DNA from: Octopus sinensis
Taxonomy: Eukaryota
Direction of reading: 5' to 3'
Length of the DNA stretch: 64,000 bases
Assembly (NCBI RefSeq): GCF_006345805.1
Contig: NC_043003.1
Location: forward strand, 87,854,001 to 87,918,000
Translations under genes and position numbers: made by a program
Shown: piece by piece, positions 13,428 to 25,859 of the stretch
Layout of the letters: each line of letters begins with the position of its first letter
Position numbering within the stretch: the first letter of the stretch is position 1
Notes under the pieces: generated by a model
Seen by the model: only the letters and a program-made list of their open reading frames with translations
Told to the model about the DNA's origin: nothing
Database searches by the model: none

Positions 13428-14686
13428 TTGGGTTGTCTGGAAAGTTCGTGCCGATTTTTAAAAGAAAGAAAAAGGTCAATAAATACTTGCCATTATATTT
13501 TTAATCAACCAAATATGAACTATTTTGTTGCACAATGCATCTCCATCTTTCCTTTAACTTGAAAATGCCCTCTTCCCAGAATTGAGGTGGTTTCATGGCA
13601 AAGAATTCATTAAGGTAACTTTTTACGTCATCCAAGGAATTGAAATTTTTACCATTAAGACTATTCAGCAGAGACCTGAATAAATGGAAATCCGAAGGAG
13701 CAATATCTGGTGAATATGGAGGGTGAGGTAACACATCCCAGCCGAGCTGCAGCAATTTTTGTCTGGTTCCCAAAGGAACGTGCAGTCTTGCATTATTATA
13801 TTGGAAAACAACACCCTTCCTGTTGGCCAATTCTGGACGTTTCTCCTGAATTGGTGCTTTTAACCCATTCAGTTGTGTGCAGTATTTCTCAGAATTGATT
13901 GTCTGGTTACTTGGGAGAAGCTCATAGTACAGAATTCCTTTCCAATCCCACCAGACACAAAGCAAGACTTTTTTAGAGTGAAGACCCGCTTTTGGGGTGG
14001 CCAAGGGTGGCTCATGTCACTTACTTCAGGATTGCTTTCTCTGAACATTTTGGTAGATAATCCATTTCTCATCACCTGTCACAATTTGCTTTAAAAAAGG
14101 CGTGTTTTCATTCCATATATAAAGCAAATCATGGATGGAAATGCGATCCAAAAGGTTCTTCTCACTCAACACATGTGGTACCCAAAATTCAAAGTGATGG
14201 TGTTCATGAACGACGGATTTTGTTAGGTTGAGGCTTTCTGCCAATTTTCGGGTTGTGCAATGTGGGTTATTCTCAATGACTTGATTTGGTCATTATCTGT
14301 AGTAGGTGGTCTGCCTGATCACTCTTTATCAATAAGGCTACAATCTCCAGCTCGGAACCTTGCGAACCTATTCCATACACTTCTTTCAGATAAAGTAACA
14401 TAACCGTAAACTGCGTATATTTCTTTGGTTTCTTGTGACGCATTTTTCTCTTTATGGAAAAAGAAAAGCATCAAGTGCCGAAAATGAACTTTCTCATCTT
14501 CCATTTTAAAGGGTCACAGAATTAACACAGGTTATAGGAACATAAATCTTCTTCGAAGAAATGATAGCTTAAACTGTGCTCTAAATGGAGGAGTAGTCAA
14601 ATCCTATTTTATGGACTCAACTATGCTCTAAAATAAGTCGAAATGTAAGCTACTATAAATCGGCACGAACTTTCTGGACAACCCAA
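13428..14686 (-). mobile_element. Full-length (1259 bp) mariner, mellifera-subfamily-like, with frameshifted transposase
   Basis: 30-bp TIRs (TTGGGTTGTCTGGAAAGTTCGTGCCGATTT) with 28/30 identity, TA on both sides (13426-13427, 14687-14688). Motifs MEDEKVHFRHLMLFFF, WVPHVL, IVTGDEKW and PHPPYSPDIAPSDFHLF. The second catalytic D is mutated to N (FQYNNAR). Confidence 0.95.
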
Positions 14687-15619
14687 TACAAATTACATGA
14701 GATGACTGGGTGCATCTGTTTGGATGCAGATGGTTTGGCACGGCTGACTGAACTGAACATGTTTTGGTGACAACACTTTTTGGCTCTGACAATCACACGT
14801 ATGCACAGATGGAGAGAGTGAGACAGACAGACAAAGATAGACATTACAATTTATTGATTGAACCTGATTGACATAAACACTTTCTCTCTCCTCATGTTTA
14901 TAAAAAGAAATATTCTCACTGACAAAAAGAAAAAGAAAGGGGGCAAGAGAGAGAGAGAACAAGAGAAACATTATAATGTATTATATGATCCCAGTTGCTA
15001 CAAACACCTCCCTCTGCACATATGTGTAGCAGAAATATTCAGCAATTGCTCAACATCACAATTCGCTAGAATATTGCCACATGACCAACAAAATCTGACC
15101 AATCACAACTTTGCATTGAATAGCCTCCAGCGATGATTTTCTTCTTTTGACACACTTCCTTCTGAGCCTATCAACCAGTATAAATTCAGCACCTCATGAA
15201 CACTAGATAGAGAGCTTTGGGATGCAACAGGGAAAGCATTGACAGGCACTGTAGGAGTTGACCAACAGAGATGGTGACAACACAAAGGCAATAAACAGTC
15301 AGAGAACAAATGACTCTAGAAGTCAGTAACTGACAAGCAACTAACCACACTTTATTTGCTGCTACAACTACACCAAGAACAAAAACTCTCAATGTTTTGT
15401 CATTTGTTGTGTAAGAATAAATTGTTGTTTATCAAAATCTCAACAGACTCCAGTATTCCTTTCTGTACAACTGGTGACCACCAACGCAAGAAATAGCAGT
15501 CAACACTGAACATTCAAAGAACATTTCACAGCTTCATCTTCTGGCATCATTAACTAGGATCCGCAATGCCAAGATGTCTTTTGAACTGTCTCCGACATTA
15601 TCAACACACACCAAATCTG

Positions 15620-16380
15620 CCATATCACTGCGTGTTCCTACATTTTGGACAACATCCCTAAAGATAATTGACTTGATCAGGCAAATGAGATGGAAGGCCT
15701 TTTACTTCAACTAGCCTAAACCACCTGCAGAGACTGAACACTTTGGGTTGAAATCCAGAAAGTTTCCACCTAAGATCAAGGAACTGGATCCTTTGAGAAT
15801 GACCTTTTAAGCATAATACCCTACCTCAAATTCTGTAAATCCTCTAATGCTTTCCAATATGAACTTAAAGCAAGACATCTTCTTAGATCTTCTGATAGGA
15901 CCCTTCTATTCTCTGATAAGACTAAAAATCTATATAGAGTAAGTAACAAGACATATGACTAGCTACATAACAACAGCATTACACAAACTTACAAGAGAGC
16001 AGCCCCTCAAGCTTATGATAACATTAACTATGAGGCAATTAAACTAGGTGTAAAGGATAGGGTAGAGACACATGTGAAGAAAGAAGCTTGCATTATGATC
16101 AAGGATCATAAACCAAACTTTGCCTCTAACCCCAAGTGTAGGCTAATAAACTCTGCAAAGTCTAAGATCAGACAGGTGAGCAAACAGCTCATTAGGAAGA
16201 TTAATAACAGTGTTAGAAATGCTTCTAGTCTTGCCCTATGGTGTAACACCAGCAAGGTCATAACATGGTTTAAAACTAATAGTGGAAGTGGGGAGAGCTA
16301 CATTTACCTAATTCAATATAGTGGACTTTTACCCATCTATATCAAGGGAGCTCCTTCTTAAGGCACAGGACTTTGCTATG
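15620..16380 (+). mobile_element. Penelope-like element fragment (N-terminal region to the start of the RT)
   Basis: Frameshifted segments RQMRWKAFYF, FGLKSRKFPP, FENDLL, SDKTKNLY, IKDHKPNFASNPKCRLINSAKS and DIVDFYPSISRELL. Homologous to the 44.4-46.7 kb copy. Confidence 0.75.
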
Positions 16381-17639
16381 TATATAGAGCGTAGGCTCAA
16401 AATGTAAAAGAATTTTCATTTTTCCTGCCAAACTAATACATTTGCTTGTTGTTCATACATCTGTTTTCAACTTTTGTATTTATCGCACTCATTATCGCTT
16501 TCTGTCTCTCTGTGTTTATCTCTCGTGCATGCGACTCCCCCTCCTCTCTCTTGATATGTCATGTAATTACTTTCGTTTTATTTAAAACTTCGTCCTTGTA
16601 TTTTTACTTTCATTTTGTGACAGACGCTGTCATTCAGAAAATGCTAGTTTCCAAATCCTATTTTCTGACTGGGTTAAAAATGATCAAACTTTAAACATTT
16701 TTCTGCAATTTTTCTGAATTAAATGAATACCAAAATTGAATTCAGCATGATAAAGTATATCAATATACTAAATTTGCAAATTTTCACTTAATTTTAAAAT
16801 TTCAAAATCTGTGACAGCAACAGAAAATATTTCTCTCACCCTATGAAATCTATCTGTCATTTATGCTTTTCAGATTTTAAATTTCCCCCTTTAAATATAT
16901 ATTTACCATACTTTCTCGCTCTTTCTCTATACATATATCACCCATGCTAAGTGTATGTATGTTTGTGTGTGTGTGCATGCATGTGTGCATGCATGTGTGC
17001 ACACGTGTGTGTTATGCATGTGTGTAAGGAATTTCAGTAGGGTAACAGAGTTGAAAGATCTTCATGGCAGCAAGCTAAAAAAAATTTTTTTACATCTATG
17101 TACCAAATGGAAAAACAAAAATTTAGTTTATCAATACCTTATAAATTGCCCCAAATAATACAGAAATCTGTCCTGATTGAGAGACCTATCCATGGTTTGA
17201 TATGGAATTAAAAAATTGAAATAAAGACATTCTATTGTGAAAATTGCCCAGCAACAATGAGCCAAAAGTCTGCAAGATATCTACTTAACCTGGAAAGGAT
17301 GGTGTCCACCAGTTCAACAAAAGGAACTTGTCCCTGTGCTTTGTTAAAAATATTGGATCTGGAATTAAAGTAGTGTGGTGAAATGCTTGGAACTAAAAAG
17401 AATGTATGATATTTCAGCTACACATGACTTACATCTCTTTGATCCATTTATATGTGACATAAATGTCTCCACGATTCTTCACCTGATTATATGTGGTGTG
17501 CAGTTGGTCTTCAGATCCCATACATGTGAAACCAACTTAGTAGCTTTATTTTTATCTATGTGTTGGAAAGAAGATTGGTAGTTTGTATAATAGTTTTATG
17601 TTACAACAGTGCTCTACAACAATATAATCAGGAAGAAAA

Positions 17640-20600
17640 ATTACATGCAAAAAATTCAAACTAAATATATTAACCCCAGACATGTTCAAATGTCTAATTT
17701 TTGTTCAAGGTTTAACTGCAAGTAAAGATGCAGAGAGATGTGTCTGGATATTGGCAAAATTAGAACAGGATCAGAATTTGACTCTGCAGAGGGATGTCAG
17801 AGAATTATTAATCTACGACATGACACAAATAAAATCGAAGAAAGGGATTACTTTCACATACATGTGTGTCGACTTGTAACAGATAAGGAAAAAGAAAAAC
17901 AAAGATCAAGACACAATCCATGTTATAGGTGTGGAGGTCTACATTTTAAAAATAACTGTCTGTTTAAAAATTTTAAATGTTTTTACTGCCAAAAAATCGA
18001 ACATAAAAGCTCACATTGCAGAATAAAGAAAAGGTTGAAAGGGATAAATTCTGGAAAGGTTTTCTCAACAGAAAATCTAGGTGAGACTCACAAAAGAAAG
18101 TTTGTGTACATAAAAATTAATAATGTGAATGTGAAACTACAGCTACATACAGGCAGTGACATTACAATTATTAACACTGACACAAGGAAAAAATAGGAAA
18201 GCCTACATTAATGGAAATTTAAAAAATTGCAAAGGTGTCTCAGGAAAACAATTACATTTTGGGGATAAAATGATAACTGTGGTTACATTTTGGGGTAAAA
18301 CATTTAAAGCAAAAGATTTTGTGTTAAATAATGCAGCAAACTTGTTCAGAACTGACTGGATGGAATTGTTTAATTTATGGGACCTCCGTATAAATCTGTT
18401 CATTAAAAATATAAATGGTTTTTTCGTCTAGTAAAAATAAGTTGTTAGAGTAAAAAGTAAAAAAATATTTTTTTTAAAGTTCTGTCCTATAAATTAGGTC
18501 TGTGTACCAAGACAAAGGTATGTTTTCATATAAAGAAAAACACTATACTAGTATTTAAGCCAAAACAAATGGTACCCTTTGCAGCAATGAAGCAAGTCAA
18601 TAAAGAACTAGAGAGACTAGAAGAAATTGGAATTATCCAAAAAGTGGATTATTCTAAATGAGCAGCACCAAGAAAAAGAATAATAAAATCAGAGAGTGTG
18701 CTAATTTATCCACTGGTTTAATCAAATGTCTTAAAACATGCTACTATCCACTACCTACTCTGGAAGATATTTTTGCAAAATTAAATGGTCAAAAGATATT
18801 TTCTAAATTGGATCTCTCTGATGCATATCTACAAATTAGAGTAGATGATGAATGCTCAAAATACCTAACAGTTAACATGCATAAAGGACTGTATAAGTAC
18901 AACAGATTACCATTTGGTTTAAAAGTTGCACCAGCAATTTTTCGAACAGATTATGGATGCAATGTGAGCAGATGGTGAATTTGCAATTCCATATCTGGAT
19001 GATATACTCATTAAAAGTGAATCTAAGGATCGACATGTAGAGCATGTAAAAAATGTATTTGAAAAAATTAAGGATTATAGCTTTACCTTGAGTGAAAAAA
19101 AGTGTGAAGTTTTCTTACCAGAAATAAGATACTTAGTGCAAATTATTGACAGAAATGGATGATAACCTGACCTACTGAGGACAGATGCAATATGCCACTT
19201 CTGACTAATATAGTGAACTTACAAGCATTTTCAGAACTGGTAAATTATTACCAAAATTATTTCCCAAATATGCATAAGATTAGGGCTCCACTGAATAATT
19301 TACTGAAAAAGATATGAAATAGAATTGGTTAGAAAATTGCCAAAAGGCATTTAACAAAATTAAAAAAAGTATTAATATCTGATTTATCATTTAGCTCACT
19401 TTGATCCTGTAGCAGAGATTGTTGTAGCTTCAGACACTTCAGATTATAGTATAGGAGCAGTAATGCTACATAAATACAAAGATGGTAACATGAAGGTGGT
19501 AGTTCACACCTCAAGTCCTCTGATAGCAGCAGAGAAAAATTATAGTCAAATTGAACAAGAAGCAGTAGCGATCATTTTTGCCATGAAAAATTTCACAGAT
19601 TTTTGCAAAGTAGAAGTTTATGGCTATAGACTGATCACTGACTGTTATTATCGATATTTGGGTTGAAAAGAAAAGAATTCTTACCTATACTGCTAATAGG
19701 TTACAATGCTGGGCTACGATATTACTAAAACTACAATTTCAAGATAGAGTATAGACCATCCAAGGAATTAGGCCATGCAGATTGTCTATCAAGACTGATT
19801 CTGAAAAATGCAGAACCATTTGAAGATACTGTAATTGCCACTTTGCGAGTGGAAAATAAAATTAAAAATGTTTTGTGTAACGTCATTCATGAACTGCCAG
19901 TTACATTATCAGACATAAAATAAAAATCAGAGAATGATAAATTCATTATAAAAATGAAAGAAATACTGAAGGCTAAAGAAAATATGTGCATCACAAATAT
20001 GAACCATTTCTCACTGTGACAATGTACTGATGTCATAGTGCCAGCTGCACTACAAAAGTAGTTATTAAAGAAATTTCATATTGGTCACCCAGAGATTTCA
20101 AGAATGAAATCACTAATGAGAAGTTACGCATATTGGCCTACAATGGACTGTGACATTGAAGAGTCAGTGAAATCCTGCAACAGTTGTGCCCTTGCAGCCA
20201 AGTCACCACCAGTAAAATTCTAACTGTGGCCTAAAACTGACAGTCCATGGACCAGGCTTCCTATAGATTTTGCTGGACCAGTAAATGGTTGTAGTAGATA
20301 GTTTTATACTAAGTGCCTAGAAATATGTAGATGTAAGAAACCAACCTTTATAGTAACAATAGAATTTCTTCTTGAACTCTTTGCAAGATATGGTGTCCCG
20401 GACACCATAATATCTGATAACAGTATGCAGTTTATGGCATATGAGTTTTAAAATTTTTGCTAAACATACACAACTGAACACATCTGTAATCCACCATACC
20501 ACCCAAGATCAAACAGGCAGGTGGAATGGTTCATAGATACATTTAAAAGAGCATTAAAGAAATCAAGAAAAGAACTAGTCGATGATGCAGCATTGACACA

Positions 20601-21070
20601 ATTCTTGAGAGTTCAGGCAAGTTGACCACAGAACTAATGTTTGCTTGAAAAATATAGTTAATTTTTTATAAGTTGTTACCTGTAAGAAAACAAATAGGGA
20701 AAACTCAAAAAATACAACAAAATATTTTAATATCGATGATAAAGTGTTTTCCAAAATATATAAACTGGAAGAGAAGGTTGGGAAGAAAGAGTAGTAAAAA
20801 AAATAATTAGGCAAAATGGTTTATGTGAAAAGAGGTGAAAAATGGGGACACAAAAGACATTTAAACCAGTTAAAAAATAAATATATGGGGAAAAGAAAAG
20901 AGATACCCATGGAAGTGTTCTTAGACACCTTTGATGTTCCAACACCTCATGAAGCCGAACCTAAGCATAGCAGCTCAAGAAACAGAAAACAAACAGAACA
21001 GTTGGAAGTAGTGCCTAAACAGAAGAAATATTAAACTTCCCTAGGAAGTAAACCTCAAAGGGGGAGATAT
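17640..21070 (+). mobile_element. Degraded Ty3/Gypsy LTR retrotransposon internal region (gag zinc knuckles, PR, RT, RNase H, integrase)
   Basis: CYRCGGLHFKNNC..CFYCQKIEHKSSHC; LQLHTGSDITII; FSKLDLSDAYLQI..YNRLPFGLKVAPAIF; YLDDILI; SDTSDYSIGAV; IDFAGP; ISDN; PPYHPRSN. Polypurine tract AAAGGGGGAGA at about 21057-21067, followed by TG. Confidence 0.9.
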
Positions 21071-21329
21071 TGTGGCAAAAGTCATTGACACCCCTGTGGG
21101 ATTGGAAGAATAGCATATTGGTTGAGATATCAGAAGTTGAAGGAGTCACTGAGACAGCAGAAGTCAAAGAAGTTGTCGAAAGTTTGTGGAAGTTGTTGAG
21201 ATTTGTATTTATTGAAACATCGAGTTTAGTGAAGTAATTAGAAGTATGTCATGTAAAGACAGTTGTGTCTATTCTTGCTTTGTGAAATCTGTATATCTAC
21301 TATATAGAAGGATATAAAAAAGGGTGAAG

Positions 21330-23640
21330 AACTTATCCAAGGTTGTTTGTTATTTATGATGTATCTTCCTTTGTACAACTCAATATAGGAACTGAACTCA
21401 TTGTAAATTTCTCTTCTAATTTTTACATTAAGTTCATAATAAGGATCATTATCAGCAAAATCCTGCAGACCTTCCTCTATAAGCACCGACCCTTTAGCAA
21501 TAATTTTTGTAGTCAATTCAAGTGGTGTATGTAGAACTTCCATTGTCTCATCTGTATTTTCAGTTCTTTTTCTAACAGCATCAGCTCTTCATTAGATAAA
21601 CTTTCTCTCTGGAACACTAGCAACTCATATGATATGCCTTGAGTTTAACTACCACACCTTAATCCATTAGCTGAAGCAAAGAAGTTGTTCTTGACAATAT
21701 TCTAAACTCACAGAAAGGTCATCTTAGTTTACTGGGTGGCTCAGTGCATGGTCTAAAAGAAGTAATGCTTTGTTGGACATATCTCTGGCACTGTACTTTT
21801 TTCTACTGCAGGACAAAAAATGTTTGTTAACCACTCTTTGAAAAGGCTCTTAGTCATCCATGTCTTCTTATTTGAATGCCAAATCTGAGGTGGATTAAAC
21901 TTTGTGCAACCCTTAGATTTTCAGAGTGATACACATGTAGGGATTTTTATTTCATATCACCAGCAGCATTTCCTCCCAAAAGAAATGTCAGATAAGTTTT
22001 AGAAGCTTTAAAGCCTGTTATTGATTTAGGCATGTGCTTCCAGAAAAGTTCAGTCTCATCAATATTGTATACTTTCTCTGGTGTGTATCACACTTCAGGA
22101 ATCATTTTCTTCAACTGCTTAAGATAATTAATAGCAACCTCTGTATCAGCATTCACAGTTTCAGAAGTTATTTTTTATGTTGTACAACTTCATATGTTTC
22201 TTAAATCTTTCAAACTAGTCAAAGAGGGCTTTTCATTAGAAGTTTCACTGTTTTTTTCTTGGGGGGGAGGGAGGTTGTATTATAAACATTTTATACTCTT
22301 TTTTGAATTACCATTGTCTTTATCTGCACGTTATGCTGATTGTATTCCTCAGCCTATATAGTCAAGCATTGTTCCATTTTAAGCATTACATTAGATCTAT
22401 GGAAAAATAGTTCCACACAGTTAATGGGTTGGCTTTGTTTTTTTTGCTTGAAAGGTAAACAATTCTGATAGAAGCAGTTATTTTGCCCTCAATTCTTTGG
22501 ATTAATCCCAACAAAATACTACAAGTTTAGTCATTGTTCAGCACCTATGTTTGTGTTCTTCATTCCAAAATAATAAAAACTTTAATATACTTCCAAAATA
22601 GGACTTAATCCATGTGTATCTGTGTGTATATATGTGTGTGTGTGTGGGGAGGGGAGGGGGTGACAGCAAAATAATTGCTTCTATCAGAATCGTTTACCTT
22701 TAAAGCAAAAAACAATACCGACGTATATGACAGGTATATCAAATATATTTTGTGTACTTCTTTCTCTGTTCATTTGGATAAGTTGTGGAAACTGTTGCAC
22801 ACTGTTGCACCCACAAGCACAAAAATTCTATGGACATTTAGCTGTTATTTATAGCATATTGAGTTTCGTGGGGAGGGCTTCACATGCCATGGTCCTTTTG
22901 CTCTTTCACTATAAATCTACACATGCGGAAACTGACAAAACAACCGTTCATTTTCACTTTGACAGCAGGATGGGGTGTGGATCAATTTTGGAGTTTTTCA
23001 TTAAAAATTTGAAATCAAAATTTGTTTTTTTCCCCTCCATATTCTTAATCTCAGTATTTTTCCATGTAGAATGAAAAAAAAATTTAGAAAAAAGTAAATA
23101 ATTAAAAATTGGTGGGGGTAATTAAAAATTTTGAAAATGTGGTTTCTTGCATATTTGGAATCTCCGTCATCAAAAACATAGGAATCTGATGAAAAAAAGG
23201 GGAAAAGAAAAATTCGTAAGGTCAGATTGGTGGGTGGGGTATCCAACGTACAAAAGACACAAACTGGGAGACAGTGGATTCTATTTCATTCTTCAGCCAC
23301 AGCAAAGTCCAGAGTTTTTAAGACACACATTAATATGGAATTTTGCAGTTCTGTTCATTCCATCAAGTATGTATGCAAATATATAAACAAAGGGTCTGGC
23401 ATAGCTGTCTTTAGCCTTGACATAATTTTCTCTCTGTTGTTATACATTGTTCCTACTGTAGAAGCTACAAGATTTAATGATTTGGCAATATAACTTACTT
23501 TTACTTCTGCATCAAGTCTTTTTAAAAGATCAGGTTTAATGTCCAGTGTAATTCCATTACTGTTCCTTTTTACACTACTGCCTTCAAGTCCACTTGATAG
23601 TGTCTTACCAGATATCTATAACTATAAAAGAGAGTTTGTG
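21330..23640 (-). mobile_element. pogo/Tigger-like transposase remnant, interrupted by a 985-bp insertion (22434-23418)
   Basis: Read by hand on the minus strand: ITLDIKPDLLKRL..STVGTMYNNREKIM (HTH, 23419-23620), KMEQCLTI (about 22380), VYNIDETELFWKHMP..LLGGNAAGDMK, WHSNKKTWMTKSLFKEW and LLLLDHALSHP. Confidence 0.82.
22434..23418 (+). repeat. Copy 1 of an approximately 985-bp direct duplication (other copy at 25020-26006)
   Basis: The two blocks read identically by eye apart from one TG unit in a microsatellite. The ORF track shows identical 115-, 81- and 79-aa ORFs offset by 2588 bp. Confidence 0.95.
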
Positions 23641-24619
23641 TGTGTGTTCCTTATGCATTCCAAAACTGAGGTGCCAATTTTGGCGTATGGAGTATCAGAT
23701 TCAGTACTATTTCGGCTACCAATTAAACTTTATTTTTTACATTGACATATTTGCATTACAAAACTTTAACATTATGTTTTCCATAAGTCAACTAATGTAA
23801 ACATTTTATACAACGATGACATCACATTTTCTATATAAGTGTGTACTTTAAATGACATCCATCATCATGACATACACCTTCACTCGCTCACTCTATCTCT
23901 CTGTCTCTTACTCTCTCTCACACACATGCGGAATAAGAAAAAGACAGAGATAAGAGAAAGAAACAGAGACAGAAAACAAGTTTCTATAGGAGAAGTTGAA
24001 AGATGGAGAGCGAGTGAGAGACAGACGCTGCTGTTTCATACCCTATGTATGTTCTATAGTTGAAGGTGAAAAAAGCTGACACAAATAGAGGGGGAAAGCA
24101 GAAGAGAAGGGGACGTTGGGAATCCCAGAAATGAGTTCGTGTTGTACAAATTTTCACATCATTTTCAGGTCATTTTCACTTTCATTCCATGTTTCATGCA
24201 TGCACAGAATTAGGCATTATCTCTCTCTTTTAATTTCTGATTATAATGTATGGAGACCTTATGCTATCAAGTCACAACTTCCACTGATTAATTGGAATTA
24301 AGAAAGGTATGCAAAAATAACTTCCTTCAGTGCACTCGCACACACAGTTACAGTCCCCACTTCTTATTTCTTACCTCAGTTTACTTACATTCCTATGTTT
24401 TTCATACAGGACATTTGCATTTCGCTCCAAAGCGGGTAGCTGGTGGGTGGCCAAGGTGGGGGGAATGACATTCAGTATTTCTTTCAGAAAAATTAAACTT
24501 TCAAAATCAAATTATATTTCCCACATTCGTAATCTCTATTTTTCCATGTGGATAACAAACAAAATTCGAAAAACAGTTAAAAATTAGGAAATTTTGGTGG
24601 GGAGGGGGGAAATTATAAT

Positions 24620-25700
24620 TTTGCAAACGTGATTTCTGGGCAAAATCATATTAACCACTTTTTTCAAATTTTTTTTTTCTAGGTGGAAAAATATGGAGAT
24701 TAAGAATATGGGGGGGAAAAAATTTTAGTTTCAAATTTTTAATGAAAAACTCCAAAATTGATCCACACCCCATCCTGCTGTCTAAAATGAACGGCTGTTT
24801 TGTCAGTTTCCGCATGCATAGATCTATAGTAAATGAGCAAAAGGACCACGGCATGTGAAGCCCTCACCACAAAACTTGATATGATAAAAATAACAGCTAA
24901 ATGTCCAGAGAACTTTTGTGCTTGTGGGTGCACGCACGCAACAATTTCTACAGTTTATCCAAATGAACAGAGGAAGAAGTACACAAAATATATTTTACAT
25001 ACCTGTCGTATACATTGGTTTTGTTTTTTTTGCTTGAAAGGTAAACAATTCTGATAGAAGCAGTTATTTTGCCCTCAATTCTTTGGATTAATCCCAACAA
25101 AATACTACAAGTTTAGTCATTGTTCAGCACCTATGTTTGTGTTCTTCATTCCAAAATAATAAAAACTTTAATATACTTCCAAAATAGGACTTAATCCATG
25201 TGTATCTGTGTGTATATATGTGTGTGTGTGTGTGGGGAGGGGAGGGGGTGACAGCAAAATAATTGCTTCTATCAGAATCGTTTACCTTTAAAGCAAAAAA
25301 CAATACCGACGTATATGACAGGTATATCAAATATATTTTGTGTACTTCTTTCTCTGTTCATTTGGATAAGTTGTGGAAACTGTTGCACACTGTTGCACCC
25401 ACAAGCACAAAAATTCTATGGACATTTAGCTGTTATTTATAGCATATTGAGTTTCGTGGGGAGGGCTTCACATGCCATGGTCCTTTTGCTCTTTCACTAT
25501 AAATCTACACATGCGGAAACTGACAAAACAACCGTTCATTTTCACTTTGACAGCAGGATGGGGTGTGGATCAATTTTGGAGTTTTTCATTAAAAATTTGA
25601 AATCAAAATTTGTTTTTTTCCCCTCCATATTCTTAATCTCAGTATTTTTCCATGTAGAATGAAAAAAAAATTTAGAAAAAAGTAAATAATTAAAAATTGG
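24620..25700. repeat. Inverted pair of a diverged repeat (about 24620-25015 versus 25300-25700)
   Basis: E.g. CAGCAGGATGGGGTGTGGATCAATTTTGGAGTTTTTCATTAAAAATTTGAAA (about 25550) is inverted at about 24730-24780. Confidence 0.85.
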
Positions 25701-25859
25701 TGGGGGTAATTAAAAATTTTGAAAATGTGGTTTCTTGCATATTTGGAATCTCCGTCATCAAAAACATAGGAATCTGATGAAAAAAAGGGGAAAAGAAAAA
25801 TTCGTAAGGTCAGATTGGTGGGTGGGGTATCCAACGTACAAAAGACACAAACTGGGAGA

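Noticed and set aside
17300-21330. Paired LTRs for the Gypsy element
   Set aside because: The sequence after the polypurine tract (about 21070-21300) has no evident match upstream of gag, so no LTR pair or TSD is claimed.
22727-25662. Two identical 115-aa ORFs suggesting a duplicated gene
   Set aside because: They lie within a foldback repeat inside the duplicated block, with no recognisable motif or splice structure. Identity reflects the recent DNA copy.
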